Part shown: piece after piece, positions 11,884 to 24,666 of the stretch
Layout: each line of letters starts with the position of its first letter
How positions within the stretch are numbered: position 1 is the first letter of the stretch
NCBI GenBank assembly: GCA_010909165.1
Contig: MU008174.1
Span: 434,001-498,000 of the forward strand
Length of the DNA: 64,000 nt
DNA from: Anthoceros angustus
Taxonomy: Eukaryota; Plantae; Anthocerotophyta
Direction: 5' to 3'
Notes under the pieces: generated by a model
Told to the model about the DNA's origin: nothing
The model's database searches: none
What the model saw: the letters and a program-made list of their open reading frames with translations, nothing else
Program-made: the position numbers and the translations under genes

Positions 11884-14346
11884 ATGGCGTCGGGGAAGGC
11901 AGGTGTGCTGCCCACGCAGCTGGTGAAGCTGCTGGACTCGGACGGGAACCAGAAGGTGCGGGCCAGCAGCTACTACTATTTCAGCAGGGCGGTGTGGCGG
12001 GACATGGGTCTGATTAGGACCTGCTGCCTCTTCACGTTTCTGCTCATCACGTGAGTATCTCTGCCGCTCTCTGCCCTGTTGCTGTAGCCTGCTGGATGGG
12101 TGCTTGGCTTTTGGGCTGAGGCTAATTGACGTGCTTCTTGTGGGACAGGGCTGTGGGATTCCTGCTGCGAACTCCGGGTGGTGTTGGGTCCAGGAGCTTC
12201 TCGGACCTCAGTAGCTGCCATGGCCTGTCCTGGGAGAAGGACGTGAGAAGGTCTGCGCAACGTGAGGTGTGTTCGCAGCGCAACCCTGCTTTCCTCTCTT
12301 TGCTGCTCTTGATGCCGGCGATTTGCCTTCTACTGTGGGGATTCGCTCATGGCTTCTGTTTGCAGGAGACTGGCAAGTTAGTGGTTCTCGTTACCGGGGC
12401 TGCGGGCTTCGTCGGGTCGCATGTCTCCCTGGCTCTCAAGAAGCGGGGCGATGGAGTTGTGGGCTTGGACAACTTCAATGACTACTACCCCGTCGCTCTC
12501 AAGAGAGCTCGTGCTGCGAATCTTGAAAAGGCTGGAGTGTGAGTCCTCCTTCTTTGGTGCCAAAAGGACCCTCTTTATGCGCAGCGGTTCTGGTGTAATT
12601 CCGAGTCCTTGTGTTGCGGTCGCTCATCTTGCCGTGCGGGTGACAGGTTCATTGCAGAGGGCGACCTGAATGACGAGGAACTGCTTGCCAAGCTTTTCGA
12701 TATCGTGACCTTCACACATGTTCTGCATCTTGCCGCTCAGGTATTGTGAGGAGTGCCAGCAGCTTCTACGTCTCGTCCCTCCGGCTTTTTGGCTGGGCTC
12801 GTCGTGACGATGTTCTATGGCACGCAGGCTGGAGTACGGTATGCTACGAAGAACCCGATGGCTTATGTTGCCAGCAATGTTGCTGGGTTTGTCACGCTTC
12901 TTGAACAGTGCAAGGTGAGTTCAGCAGCCTGTACTTCCTTCTCAGTTGGGCATTTCTGTTGAAGTCCCTGCGTTTATGGGATCAGCCCTGAGCTCAGCTT
13001 CGTTTGCCTTCTGCTGCAGAAAGCCAATCCCCAGCCTGCAATTGTCTATGCTTCTTCCAGCAGCGTGTATGGGCTAAATAGCAAGGTATTTCGACTGTGA
13101 TGTCTCGTCATTGTTCTTAGCCTTAATTAAATACATCAGTGCATTCCGTGAATCCATGCAAGTGTCCCCTGCCTCACGAACGGTCGTATGCTCTGTAGAT
13201 TCCTTTCTCTGAAGACGATCGAACTGATCAACCCGCCAGCCTTTACGCTGCAACCAAGGCAAGCATCCCGGCATGTTTGAATGTTGGCGGCACGTGGAAC
13301 CGGTGGATGGATGACTGTAGACTAATGTGCTTTTTATGGTTCTGCTGTGCTCATGCAGAAAGCAGATGAAGCCATAGGTCACACCTACAACCACATTTAT
13401 GGTCTCTCCATCACTGCCCTAAGGTAGACATTCTTTATCGAGACTGGTTGCAGAACTTCACCTGTCTGTTTTGGGAGTACCGGATGTTGGACTTCTCCAG
13501 TCCAAAAGGCTGTACTGTCGTGTTTAATAACCTGCCATTCGTTGCCCGGCAGGTTTTTCACTGTATATGGCCCTTGGGGACGACCAGACATGGCGTATTT
13601 TTCTTTCACGCGGAACATCAACGAAGGAAGGGTATGTTCGAGTCAGCAGTCCAACATGTTCTCTAAGGTTACACACTGTGGCTGTGTCTGTCAACTGACC
13701 CGGCTGTTTCCTCACACAGCCTGTTAAAATCTTTCAAGGACACAATGGAGAGGAGTTGGCCCGGGATTTCACGTTCATTGACGATGTGGTGAAAGGCTGT
13801 GTGGGATCGTTGGACACAGCCTTGCCCAGTACTGGAAGCGGTGGGAAGAAAAAAGGGAAGGCACAGTTCAGAGTTTTCAACCTCGGGAACACACAACCTG
13901 TCACAGTTGGAAACTTTGTCGGTATCCTGGAGAAGCACCTGAAGAAGAAGGCTATCAGGAAGTAAGAGTCTGCTGAACACGAGATTGTGAGTTTCTCTTG
14001 TACACAGACACCCAGGTCACAGCGTTTCTGATCCTGTATGCACTGCTCTCCCGCAGTATTGTTCCGATGCCAAGTACAGGGGATGTGATGTTCACACACG
14101 CTAATATCACAAGAGCAAGAAAGGCACTTGGGTAAGTCAATTTTGTGTTTGCCACCTTTTGCAGACCTGCTTACATTCCTTCACTTGCATTTGTTTGTTC
14201 CCTTCTAACATTGCTTTTTTCCTCGCAGGTATCACCCTACAACGGACCTGGAAACTGGGTTGAAGCATTTCGTGAAGTGGTACTTGTCATACTATGCAGA
14301 AGGAAGTGGCAATGAAAACAGCCTCAATGGTTACACGGCTTACTAG
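11884..14346 (+). CDS. GAE: UDP-D-glucuronate 4-epimerase (Golgi type II membrane SDR), 12 exons
   Basis: Exons 11884-12050, 12149-12266, 12366-12538, 12647-12740, 12828-12914, 13020-13085, 13199-13258, 13359-13423, 13553-13631, 13720-13961, 14057-14131, 14229-14346. Motifs: N-terminal hydrophobic anchor, [70 protein letters not shown]. Confidence 0.93.
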
Positions 14347-14471
14347 TCCAAGAGCACTACCGTATCCTGGTGGCCAGCTGTGTTGCAGTTGACCTCAGCA
14401 AAGCTCCAACATCTTTCCTGCAACCGGAATGGTTTGATCTATGGGCAGGTTTCAGGCTGGCATTGCAGAAG

Positions 14472-15910
14472 GCCAATCCCAGCCTGCAATTGTCTATGCT
14501 TCTTCCAGCAGCGTGTATGGGCTAAATAGCAAGGTATTTCGACTGTGATGTCTCGTCATTGTTCTTAGCCTTAATTAAATACATCAGTGCATTCCGTGAA
14601 TCCATGCAAGTGTCCCCTGCCTCACGAACGGTCGTATGCTCTGTAGATTCCTTTCTCTGAAGACGATCGAACTGATCAACCCGCCAGCCTTTACGCTGCA
14701 ACCAAGGCAAGCATCCCGGCATGTTTGAATGTTGGCGGCACGTGGAACCGGTGGATGGATGACTGTAGACTAATGTGCTTTTTATGGTTCTGCTGTGCTC
14801 ATGCAGAAAGCAGATGAAGCCATAGGTCACCTACAACCACATTTATGGTCTCCATCACTGCCCTAAGGTAGACATTCTTTATCGAGACTGGTTGCAGAAC
14901 TTCACCTGTCTGTTTTGGGAGTACCGGATGTTGGACTTCTCCAGTCCAAAAGGCTGTACTGTCGTGTTTAATAACCTGCCATTCGTTGCCCGGCAGGTTT
15001 TTCACTATGGCCCTTGGGACGACCAGACATGGCGTATTTTTCTTTCACGCGGAACATCAACGAAGGAAGGGTATGTTCAGTCAGCAGTCCAACATGTTCT
15101 CTAAGGTTACACACTGTGGCTGTGTCTGTCAACTGACCCGGCTGTTTCCTCACACAGCCTGTTAAAATCTTTCAAGGACACAATGGAGAGGAGTTGGCCC
15201 GGGATTTCACGTTCATTGACGATGTGGTGAAAGGCTGTGTGGGATCGTTGGACACAGCCTTGCCCAGTACTGAAGCGGTGGGAAGAAAAAGGGAAGGCAC
15301 AGTTCAGAGTTTTCAACCTCAGGGAACACACAACCTGTCACAGTTGGAAACTTTGTCGGTATCCTGGAGAAGCACCTGAAGAAGAAGGCTATCAGGAAGT
15401 AAGAGTCTGCTGAACACGAGATTGTGAGTTTCTCTTGTACACAGACACCCAGGTCACAGCGTTTCTGATCCTGTATGCACTGCTCTCCCGCAGTATTGTT
15501 CCGATGCCAAGTACAGGGGATGTGATGTTCACACACGCTAATATCACAAGAGCAAGAAAGGCACTTGGGTAAGTCAATTTTGTGTTTGCCACCTTTTGCA
15601 GACCTGCTTACATTCCCTTCACTTGCATTTGTTTGTTCCCTTCTAACATTGCTTTTTTCCTCGCAGGTATCACCCTACAACGGACCTGGAAACTGGGTTG
15701 AAGCATTTCGTGAAGTGGTACTTGTCATACTATGCAGAAGGAAGTGGCAATGAAAACAGCCTCAATGGTTACACGGCTTACTAGTCCAAGAGCACTACCG
15801 TATCCTGGTGGCCAGCTGTGTTGCAGTTGACCTCAGCAAAGCTCCAACATCTTTCCTGCAACCGGAATGGTTTGATCTATGGGCAGGTTTCAGGCTGGCA
15901 TTGCAGAAGG
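14472..15910 (+). repeat. Frameshifted tandem copy of GAE exons 6-12 and 3' UTR (copy of 13023-14471); probable assembly artefact
   Basis: Near-identical, introns included, with several 1-4 bp indels in exons; the junction shows tgcagaa(a/g)gcc microhomology. Confidence 0.85.
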
Positions 15911-17569
15911 CCGTGGAAAGAGTGGACATCCCAATGAACCATTCTGATTCACGGTACCCAGTCCATCTGGGAAGGTGGTTGGATGCAATAATGGGGCTGG
16001 TCGGATGTATAAATACGCAAGAGCATGTATGGATGTGGGGCATCCAGATGCAGTACTAGCCTTACATCTGTGGATTTGAGGTCGAACTGGAACTTTCGAA
16101 GTCTCATCAGATGCAAGATTAGCCTTGCATCTACAAATGTAGGAAACAGGTGGGTGAGGAAGGCAGGGAACGGCTGTGCATATTGGCTTGATAATTCATT
16201 CTTTAATACCATTTGACAGTGACACTTAGATCTGTAAGTAATTTGATGAACTCGAAGTCTTGAACATGCCCATTAATTGCATTCATAAGACCTCCAGTGA
16301 GAACTTTTTTAGGACCTTCTGGACATTACCATGTTTTTGTTTTTCCATCTTGAATAACGCCTGCAAGAAGATTCTGCTCCCGAGCAGAAAAAAGTTGTGC
16401 AAAATTGTTTTGAAAGGTTTGCTTGTGTGCACTGACCGAGATTTCCCTTCACTGATGGTGTGACTCTGCTGAGACGTGATTGTGTCGTTCATGACGTAGC
16501 CAGCCTTTCTTTTACCTTTTTGCGTTACCAAACTCTGAAAATGTTTTGATCTCTCTTCTCCGCCAGGATTCCGGATTGGGGATACACTCTCACCTCTGTG
16601 GAAGCCAAGCTTCCTAAGTCAAGCAAGCATGATTTGATCTGATCCAGGATTTGAGAAAGTAGTCGGCTTAAGGCAACCTTGCAGGCAAGTTGCTATACCG
16701 TTTCACCTTCTATAATGTAAAACGGACTGTAGTGCGCTAAGTGCCCACTTTAGGGTAGTAGATCTTATCAATCGCAATCTTCCGACAGGCTCTTAGTCTC
16801 GCCGTTTTCTAGTTCCAGGATTTGCCACCCTAAACCCCCTCAGTCTTGAATCTCTGGATGGGGTGCCGCTCTTTCAAATATGCTGAAGTAAGACTCACAG
16901 ATCAGTGCCAATATGTGACAGAATCTCCACTTGACATTGCATCAAATACCTGTTGTGCATCCTGCATGTTGGAACAGTTGCTGTGAAAATAATCCTATCA
17001 CTCATGAAGCAGTCTGGATGCAATCGGCCCTGACTGTAGGAACTGGAAATGGACTTCCTAACCCTTCTGCAGTCTTCCTTGCTGAGGAGAAAAGGATGAA
17101 GCAGGCTGAAGAGATGATGAAGACAGGGCCATAGGTCGATGCAGAGAACGAAGATCCCTTCGCTCTCTTCATGGCAAGTCCAAGCATTCGCTACTGCTCT
17201 TATGCTGACACCCACAATATCCTCCTTCAAACGCTCGGCATGTTGTTCTACAGGTCAGAGTTCATCCCTGTGTCTTCGTCCCATTTTGTATATTATTTCT
17301 TCCTGTTGCAGTATTGCCCCTTTTGGAACGCAACCCTTGCGCAGACCCGGCCCTAGCACCAGCCTCCATGGCGGCCACTGCAGGGTGTTCCGTCCCCTCC
17401 ACCACTGACCTGGTCCCTTCGCCACGGTCGTCCGTCGTCCTTTCCTCCATCTTTTCTCTATCCTTTCTCCATCCTTTCTCTTCAGTGGATGATAAAAACT
17501 TCTTCCTCCTGAAACCGTGGCCACCTGTGGGCCCGAATTTGCCCTCACTTCCCTCCATATCACACTCAA

Positions 17570-18240
17570 TTTCTCCCAACCCGGAATCACTGCGCAACCT
17601 AGGTCAGTGTCAGGATCCGGTTGATAACCCAGCCCGAGCTGACGCAGCAAAACCACAGCTTCCGGCTCATCTTCACCCACTGCAAACCCCTGCGACGTGG
17701 TGTTTCTGTTCAGGGCCTGCCCGATCAATCTCGCCCCTGTCAGATCCAACCCAACACCCACAATTCTCAAGTCATGCAGAGATGGGCATACTTTCGGATT
17801 CAGCAGCTCCGCCACTAGATCGGCCCCGCCTGCTACGCACACGTCCCCTCCGCCCACCTTGTTCTGCGACAGGTCCAGGAAGCGATTCGTGTTTGGGTTG
17901 GCCTTCAGCGAGCTGCAAATGTAAAACAACCAGTTCTTCCGCTCAGCTCGGTCCCCGATCTCGTACCACGGCCTCAGCCGGATAGTTTTGAGTGTGACAT
18001 TGTCCGATGGCGCTGAAGGCCAACCGCCAATTCTGCTCTGCAACAGTCAGTGGCCCGGGATTGTACCGCTTGAAGCAGTGCCCGTAATCGGACACATTCA
18101 AATTCAGCTCAGTGACCGGGGTGTGAGTGTCGGATGAGGAAGGCTGCAGCCTCTCCTTCAAGGCCGCAGGAAGGGGTTCCGGATCCTGGTGGCAGCCGCT
18201 GCTACAACTTGCTACGATCCTCACAATTGTGTACAGAAAC
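17570..18240 (-). pseudogene. Fragment of an RNI-like LRR protein resembling the N-terminus of TORNADO1/ROCO-type proteins
   Basis: Frameshift-joined ORFs give VTELNLNV...LKTIRLR...ICSSLKANPNTNRFLDLSQNKVGG...GADLVAELL...SLHDLRIVGVGLDLTGARLIGQALNRNTT. No Roc/COR domain follows. Confidence 0.45.
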
Positions 18241-19016
18241 CAGCCTAGCCGGCCAATCCCACACCTTGTGATAATCCACACATCCCGTGCCCAAACCACT
18301 CGGCCATGTTGAATTACATGTCAGCGCTTGTCGTATAAAAATTACATTCTCTTTTGCAAGACTTGTATGGGAAAAATCGTTTGAACGGGGGGATGGCAGG
18401 GCCAATGGGCCAAGGAAAGATAGGCAACATAGCCAAGGAGAGAAGCAGTCATGGTCTACATCATGGTTTAGATCCTTACCGTAGGTCTAGGTTTATTTTT
18501 AATTAAAAATATTTTATTGAAAATATTCTTTTATTTAGATGTTGATGTACAAACCATGTACAATTTATGAATTTACCTTGTTATCCTCAAATTTCTAAGA
18601 CACCACCATCCATAATGGTGCAAGTTTTAGGATTGTTGATCCTAATTCTGTAGGGCAAGGCATATCGTGAAAATCAGTTATTGCCGACCACGAAAACATT
18701 CGATTTCCTTTCTTCATATAACTCAGGATGACCAGAATTGCAATCAAGGAATGTATTTCAAGGTTTTTTTTCTAAATAATTCAATTATTTATATGAATGA
18801 AGATCTATTAATATTACCTAAAAAGGTATTATGAGATATTAAGTCTTTAGACACTTAGTAATCTTTGTAGTTTTAAGTTATACAAGAATCTTGTTTTTTC
18901 CTCACTTCCATGGAGGTACTCTCATCCTTATCAATTAAAGTACTATTAAGGTGTCGAGGACACTAGCATTGAAGATGATAGATTGCGGTGTGATGGTGAG
19001 TCTAAGTGGTAGGTAT

Positions 19017-19477
19017 CCACAACTCTCAGAGTTACAATTTTTCAGCGGGTCCAAAACATACTTTCTAGTTTGGACGGATGCCATCTTATGCGAAGCAATT
19101 TCTACTATATGTGGGATGCATGGGCGTGAGGGTGACCCATAAGTTTCTTCACATAGGTTCCACAACTCTTCGAGTTACAATTTTTCAGCGAGTCTAAAAC
19201 ATACTTTCTAGTTTGGACGGATGCCATCTTATGCTAAGCAATTTCTACTATATGTGGGATGCATGGGCGTGAGGGTAACCCATAAGTTTCTTCACATAGG
19301 TTCCACAACTCTTAGAGTTACAATTTTTCAGCTAGTCCAAAATATACTTTCTAGTTTGGATGGACGTTTGTGTTGTCAGCTTTGCTTTTGGAAAGATGTC
19401 ATCTTATGCTAAGCAATTTCTACTATTTGTGGGATGCATGGGTGTGAGGGTGACCCATAAGGTTCTCCACATAGGTT
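19017..19477. repeat. Tandem repeat, three copies of a 143-bp unit
   Basis: Units start ccacaactct at 19017, 19160 and 19303; the third has an ~33-bp insertion; copies differ by substitutions. Confidence 0.9.
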
Positions 19478-19662
19478 GGTAAAGCCGGTTTCAAATTTGT
19501 TGTTTCCACTATAATTATTCGAGGGAAAGCATCATTTTCCATAACATTACATAACATTTTTCAACTCAAATGCGGGCACTTGCATCTTATTAAAATTATG
19601 TTCTGTTTTTTAGGAAAAAGTTTGGTGGTGATAGAATAGGAAGGCAACGCGAACACACTAAA

Positions 19663-21456
19663 TAAGATAAGCAACATGGTGCAAGCCACAAGCCAGGCAG
19701 AGAACCATTCATGGTTCATGTTATGTTTGGTAATCTGTATATTTTTAAGTTATAAAAAAATTATATTTCAAATACTATTATAAAGATACTCACTTCCTCA
19801 ACTATTGAAATATCAAATGAGACATTTATGGACTCAAACACCCCTAACCTTGCGGATGGTTCAGGTTTTGTTCAAGGTTTCCATAATCTTACGACTACAA
19901 AGCATACACTTATGCCCACAATTTTGACCTACACTTTCCGTTAACAGAAGGGCCGAATGATGGATAGACTACCCTGCGTAGTTGTGATAGATAAATCCCC
20001 TCAAGCTGATGGGCTCAATTGCAGCAAGTTAAAAATTAATCTTCAGCTTCGTGTGCAAATCCGCCTCGAGGAATGACATGCAGGTAGACAGTATCCGGGT
20101 GTTATGGATCTGGCGCCAGGAAGGCGCATCACAGACGAAAGGGAAGGAGAAAACGGAGCACAAAAAGCTTCGATCGATGAATCGATAACGCATTGCATTG
20201 CAGGTGGTGCTTCTGCTTCTGTTTCTTGCAACCACGGGTTCAGGTCAGCCCATGGCTGTGTGGAGCTTTGCAATGGAGTCAGGCAAAGGGCAACAGGACC
20301 TGTGGTGGGGGCAGTTTTCTGGGACCCAGAAAATTGGTGGCTTAACAGGCGTTGTAGGAAGAGGTCCCGCTCGCTTGAATTCAAGGTGCGCCAGCGTTGC
20401 AAGAAATCCGGTCCGTGTAGGAGAATGTCGGACTGGAGAAGGTCCTGGATCCAATAGGGGCGTGACGGCTGAAGATGTCAGAGAGCTTTGTCATCAGGGG
20501 AATGTTGCTGAGGCTGTTGAGGCTCTGGGAGTTCTGGTGCAGACACAGGCTAGTGTTTCCAAGACTGATTTCTATACAGTTCTGAGGAGATGTTTGGTGA
20601 GGGATCTCGTTCTGGGTCGCCGGGTGCATGCTTTCACGGTGAAAGTCGGGTCTGAGTCGGATACGTTCCTGTGCAACCACATGCTGCGGATGTATGCTTC
20701 GCATGGCAGGTTAGAGGAAGCGATGGATGTGTTCACCATGGTTGCAGAACCAGATGTCTTCATGTGGTCTTCCATCATTTCTGCACACGTTAAACACGGT
20801 CGAGACAAGCAGGCCATACAGCTGTACCGTGAAATGCGTGGGTCAAGTGTGAAGCCAGATGGGCATGTCTTTGTGGCTGCCCTTCAGGCTTGTGCAAGGG
20901 CAGCAGACTTGGAAGCTGGGCAGCAGGTGCATGCTGATGTGATGGCCACTGGTGAGGAGCCTGATTTATTTGTGTCTAGTTCCTTGGTGGACATGTATGC
21001 AAAGTGTGGCAGCTTGGAAGACGCTCGGAGAGTGTTCAATGGACTCAGTCGAAAGGATGCGGTGACATGGAATGCGATGATAGCAGGACATTCCCAGCAG
21101 GGCATGGGCCAGGAAGCGCTTCGTCTCTACAGTGCCATGAAAGAAGAGGCACGGAGGTACCTACGTCTGTGACATTTGTGTGCCTTCTGCAGGCATGTGC
21201 AAATGCGGCAGCGTTACAGCTGGGGAGCTGCATGCACAGATTGAAGAACAACGGCTTCATGCTGATGTGTTTGTGGCCAGCAGCATGTATGTGAAGTGTG
21301 GCAGCCTGCAGGAGGCTCGGAGAGTTTTGATGGACTTAGTTCGAAGAATGTGGTGACATGGAGTGCCATGGTGGCAGGATATTCTCAGCAGGGAAGGGGC
21401 AGGAAGCCCTTGATCTGTACAAGTCTATGCAAGAGGAAGGGGTAGCTGCACCTGAT
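19663..21456 (+). repeat. Truncated tandem copy of the PPR gene promoter and 5' half (duplicate of 21457-23248)
   Basis: Same sequence as the next copy. The ORF is open from ATG 20252 to ~21148 and then accumulates indels, whereas the second copy is broken in its 5' part and open afterwards. Confidence 0.85.
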
Positions 21457-22030
21457 TAAGATAAGCAACATGGTGCAAGCCACAAGCCGTGAGAGAACCA
21501 TTCATGGTTCATGTTATATTTAGTAATCTGTATATTTTTAAGTTATAAAAAATTATATTTCAAATACTATTATAAAGATACTCACTTCCTCAACTATTGA
21601 AATATCAAATGAGACATTTATGGACTCAAACACTAACCTTGCGGATGGTTCAGGTTTTGTTCAAGGTTTCCATAATCTTTACAAAGCATACACTTATGCC
21701 CACAATTTTGACCTACACTTTCCGTTAACAGAAGGGCCGAATGATGGATAGACTACCCTGCGTAGTTGTGATAGATAAATCCTCAAGCTGATGGGCTCAA
21801 TTGCAGCAAGTTAAAATTAATCTTCAACTTCGTGTGCAAATCCGCCTCGAGGAATGACATGCAGGTAGACAGTATCCGGTGTTATGGATCTGGCGCCAGG
21901 AAGGCGCATCACAGACGAAAGGGAAGGAGAAAACGGAGCACAAAAGCTTCGATCGATGAATCGATAACGCATTGCATTGCAGGTGGTGCTTCTGCTTCTG
22001 TTTCTTGCAACCACGGGTTCAGGTCAGCCC

Positions 22031-24666
22031 ATGGCTGTGTGGAGCTTTGCAATGGAGTCAGGCAAAGGGCAACAGGACCTGTGGTGGGGGCAGTTTTCTG
22101 GGACCCAGAAAATTGGTGGCTTAACAGGCGTTGTAGGAAGAGGTCCCGCTCGCTTGAATTCAAGGTGCGCCAGCGTTGCAAGAAATCCGGTCCGTGTAGG
22201 AGAATGTCGGACTGGAGAAGGTCCTGGATCAATAGGGGCGTGACGGCTGAAGATGTCAGAGAGCTTTGTCATCAGGGGAATGTTGCTGAGGCTGTTGAGG
22301 CTCTGGGAGTTCTGGTGCAGACACAGGCTAGTGTTTCAAGACTGATTTCTATACAGTTCTGAGGAGATGTTTGGTGAGGATCTCGTTCTGGGTCGCCAGG
22401 TGCATGCTTTCACGGTGAAAGTCAGGTCTGAGTCGGATACGTTCCTGTGCAACCACATGCTGCGGATGTATGCTTCGCATGGCAGGTTAGAGGAAGCGAT
22501 GGATGTGTTCACCATGGTTGCAGAACCAGATGTCTTCATGTGGTCTTCCATCATTTCTGCACACGTTAAACACGGTCGAGACAAGCAGGCCATACAGCTG
22601 TACCGTGAAATGCGTGGGTCAAGTGTGAAGCCAGATGGGCATGTCTTTGTGGCTGCCCTTCAGGCTTGTGCAAGGCAGCAGACTTGGAAGCTGGGCAGCA
22701 GGTGCATGCTGATGTGATGGCCACTGGTGAGGAGCCTGATTTATTTGTGTCTAGTTCCTTGGTGGACATGTATGCAAAGTGTGGCAGCTTGGAAGACGCT
22801 CGGAGAGTGTTCAATGGACTCAGTCGAAAGGATGCGGTGACATGGAATGCGATGATAGCAGGACATTCCCAGCAGGGCATGGGCCAGGAAGCGCTTCGTC
22901 TCTACAGTGCCATGAAAGAAGAGGGCACGGAGGTACCTACGTCTGTGACATTTGTGTGCCTTCTGCAGGCATGTGCAAATGCGGCAGCGTTACAGCTGGG
23001 AAGGGAGCTGCATGCACAGATTGAAGAACAACGGCTTCATGCTGATGTGTTTGTGGCCAGCAGTTTGTTGAGCATGTATGTGAAGTGTGGCAGCCTGCAG
23101 GAGGCTCGGAGAGTTTTTGATGGACTTAGTTCGAAGAATGTGGTGACATGGAGTGCCATGGTGGCAGGATATTCTCAGCAGGGGAAGGGGCAGGAAGCCC
23201 TTGATCTGTACAAGTCTATGCAAGAGGAAGGGGTAGCTGCACCTGATTCTGTGACATTTTTGTCCCTCCTGCAGGCATGTGCAAGTGTGGGCACCCCAGC
23301 ATTGGAGAAGGGGAGGCAGATTCATGCACAAATTAGAGAACAAGGGCTTCAGGCTGATGTCTTTGTAGCCAACAGCTTGGTAAGCATGTATGCAAAGTGT
23401 GGCAACTTGGAAGAAGCTCAGAGAGTGTTTGACGGTCTTGGAAAGAGAGATGTTGTGACATGGAATGCCATGATAGCAGGGTATTCACAGCAGGGCAAGG
23501 GAGAGGAAGCCCTTCGCCTTTATAGCACTATGCAAGAAGAAGACATGGCTACACCCGATTCTATGACATTTGTATCCCTTCTGCAGGCATGTGCAAGTCT
23601 GGGCACCCTGGCTTTGGAGGATGGACAGCAGCTTCATGCACAAATTAGAGAACAAGGGCTGGAGCATGATGTTTTTGTAGCCAACAGTTTGGTAAGCATG
23701 TATGCAAAGTGCTCAAGCCTGGAGGATGCCAAGGCCGTATTTGACGGACTTGCTCAGAGAGATGTGGTGACATGGAATGCCATGATAGCAGGGTATTCCC
23801 AGCAGGGCATGGGGCAGGAAGCCCTCGATCTGTACAAGGCTATGCAAGAAGAAGGCATGGCTGCACCTGATTCAGTGACATTTGTGTGTCTCCTGCAGGC
23901 TTGTGCAAACGTGGCAGCTTTGCCTCTAGGAAGGCAGCTCCATGCTCAGATCAAAGACGAAGGGCTGCAAGCGGACATGCTTGTAGCCGGCAGTTTGATA
24001 AACATGTATGGGAAGTGCGGTAGCATGGTTGATGCGCAGCAGGTGTTTGAGGCATTGCCCGAAAGAGATGCTTCTGCTTGGAACGCACTGATAGCAGGCT
24101 ACACTCGCCAAGGAGACAGTGAACTAGTCTTCAACTTGTTGGGCAAAATGGGAGACGATGGGGCCCAGCCAGATGGCATCACGTTTCTCAGTGTGCTAAC
24201 AGTATGCAGTCATGCTGGTCTTGTGAGCGAAGGCCGACAGGTCTTCGAGGCTATGAGCAGGCAGCATGGCATCGCTCCCACCGTGGACCATTACACTTGC
24301 ATGGTGGATATTCTGGGTCGTGCAGGACAGCTGGATGAGGCTCTAGCTTTAATACAGAGAATGTCAGTGCCTCCTGATGCTGCAGTTTGGGACACTCTGT
24401 TGGGTGCTTGTCAAAAGTGGAGCAATGTGGAGATTGGACGCTATGCTTTTAATAAATCAGTGAAGCTAGACAAGAAACATGCTGCATCATACGTTTTGAT
24501 GTCTAACATATATACCAGTGCTCACATGTGGCAGCAAGCACAGGAGATGCAGGCTACGAGAAAGCGAATCGGGGCCTGGAAGCAGCCTGGCCAAAGCCGG
24601 TGGACAGACATGGATGGACTGGTGCATACTTTTTCCGTTGGAGGTAAGACGCATTCTTTGGTTTGA
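22031..24666 (+). CDS. PLS-class pentatricopeptide repeat protein with E domains and a WW-type PG box, lacking the DYW deaminase (organellar RNA-editing specificity factor); 5' part frameshifted in this assembly
   Basis: 666 aa open frame 22666-24666 with repeated P-L-S motifs (VFVANSLVSMYAKCGxLEEAxRVFD, DVVTWNAMIAGYSQQG, PDSVTFLSLLQACA), E-region HYTCMVDILGRAG/VWDTLLGAC, and C-terminal WKQPGQSRWTDMDGLVHTFSVGG. The N-terminus can be rebuilt from the upstream duplicate. Confidence 0.88.

Noticed and set aside
14472-15784. A second GAE gene
   Set aside because: It lacks exons 1-5, has several frameshifts, and its introns are near-identical to the first copy; likely an assembly duplicate.
15950-16900. 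Decayed coding-like stretches on the minus strand (also 28010-28660 and 49900-50300)
   Set aside because: Short, interrupted, and no family recognisable without a search.
19017-19477. CRISPR-like array (also considered for 52118-52392)
   Set aside because: Head-to-tail repeats without unique spacers, no cas genes, eukaryotic context.
20198-21172. A separate short PPR gene
   Set aside because: It is the 5' half of the downstream PPR gene, duplicated; the stop arises from a 1-bp indel.
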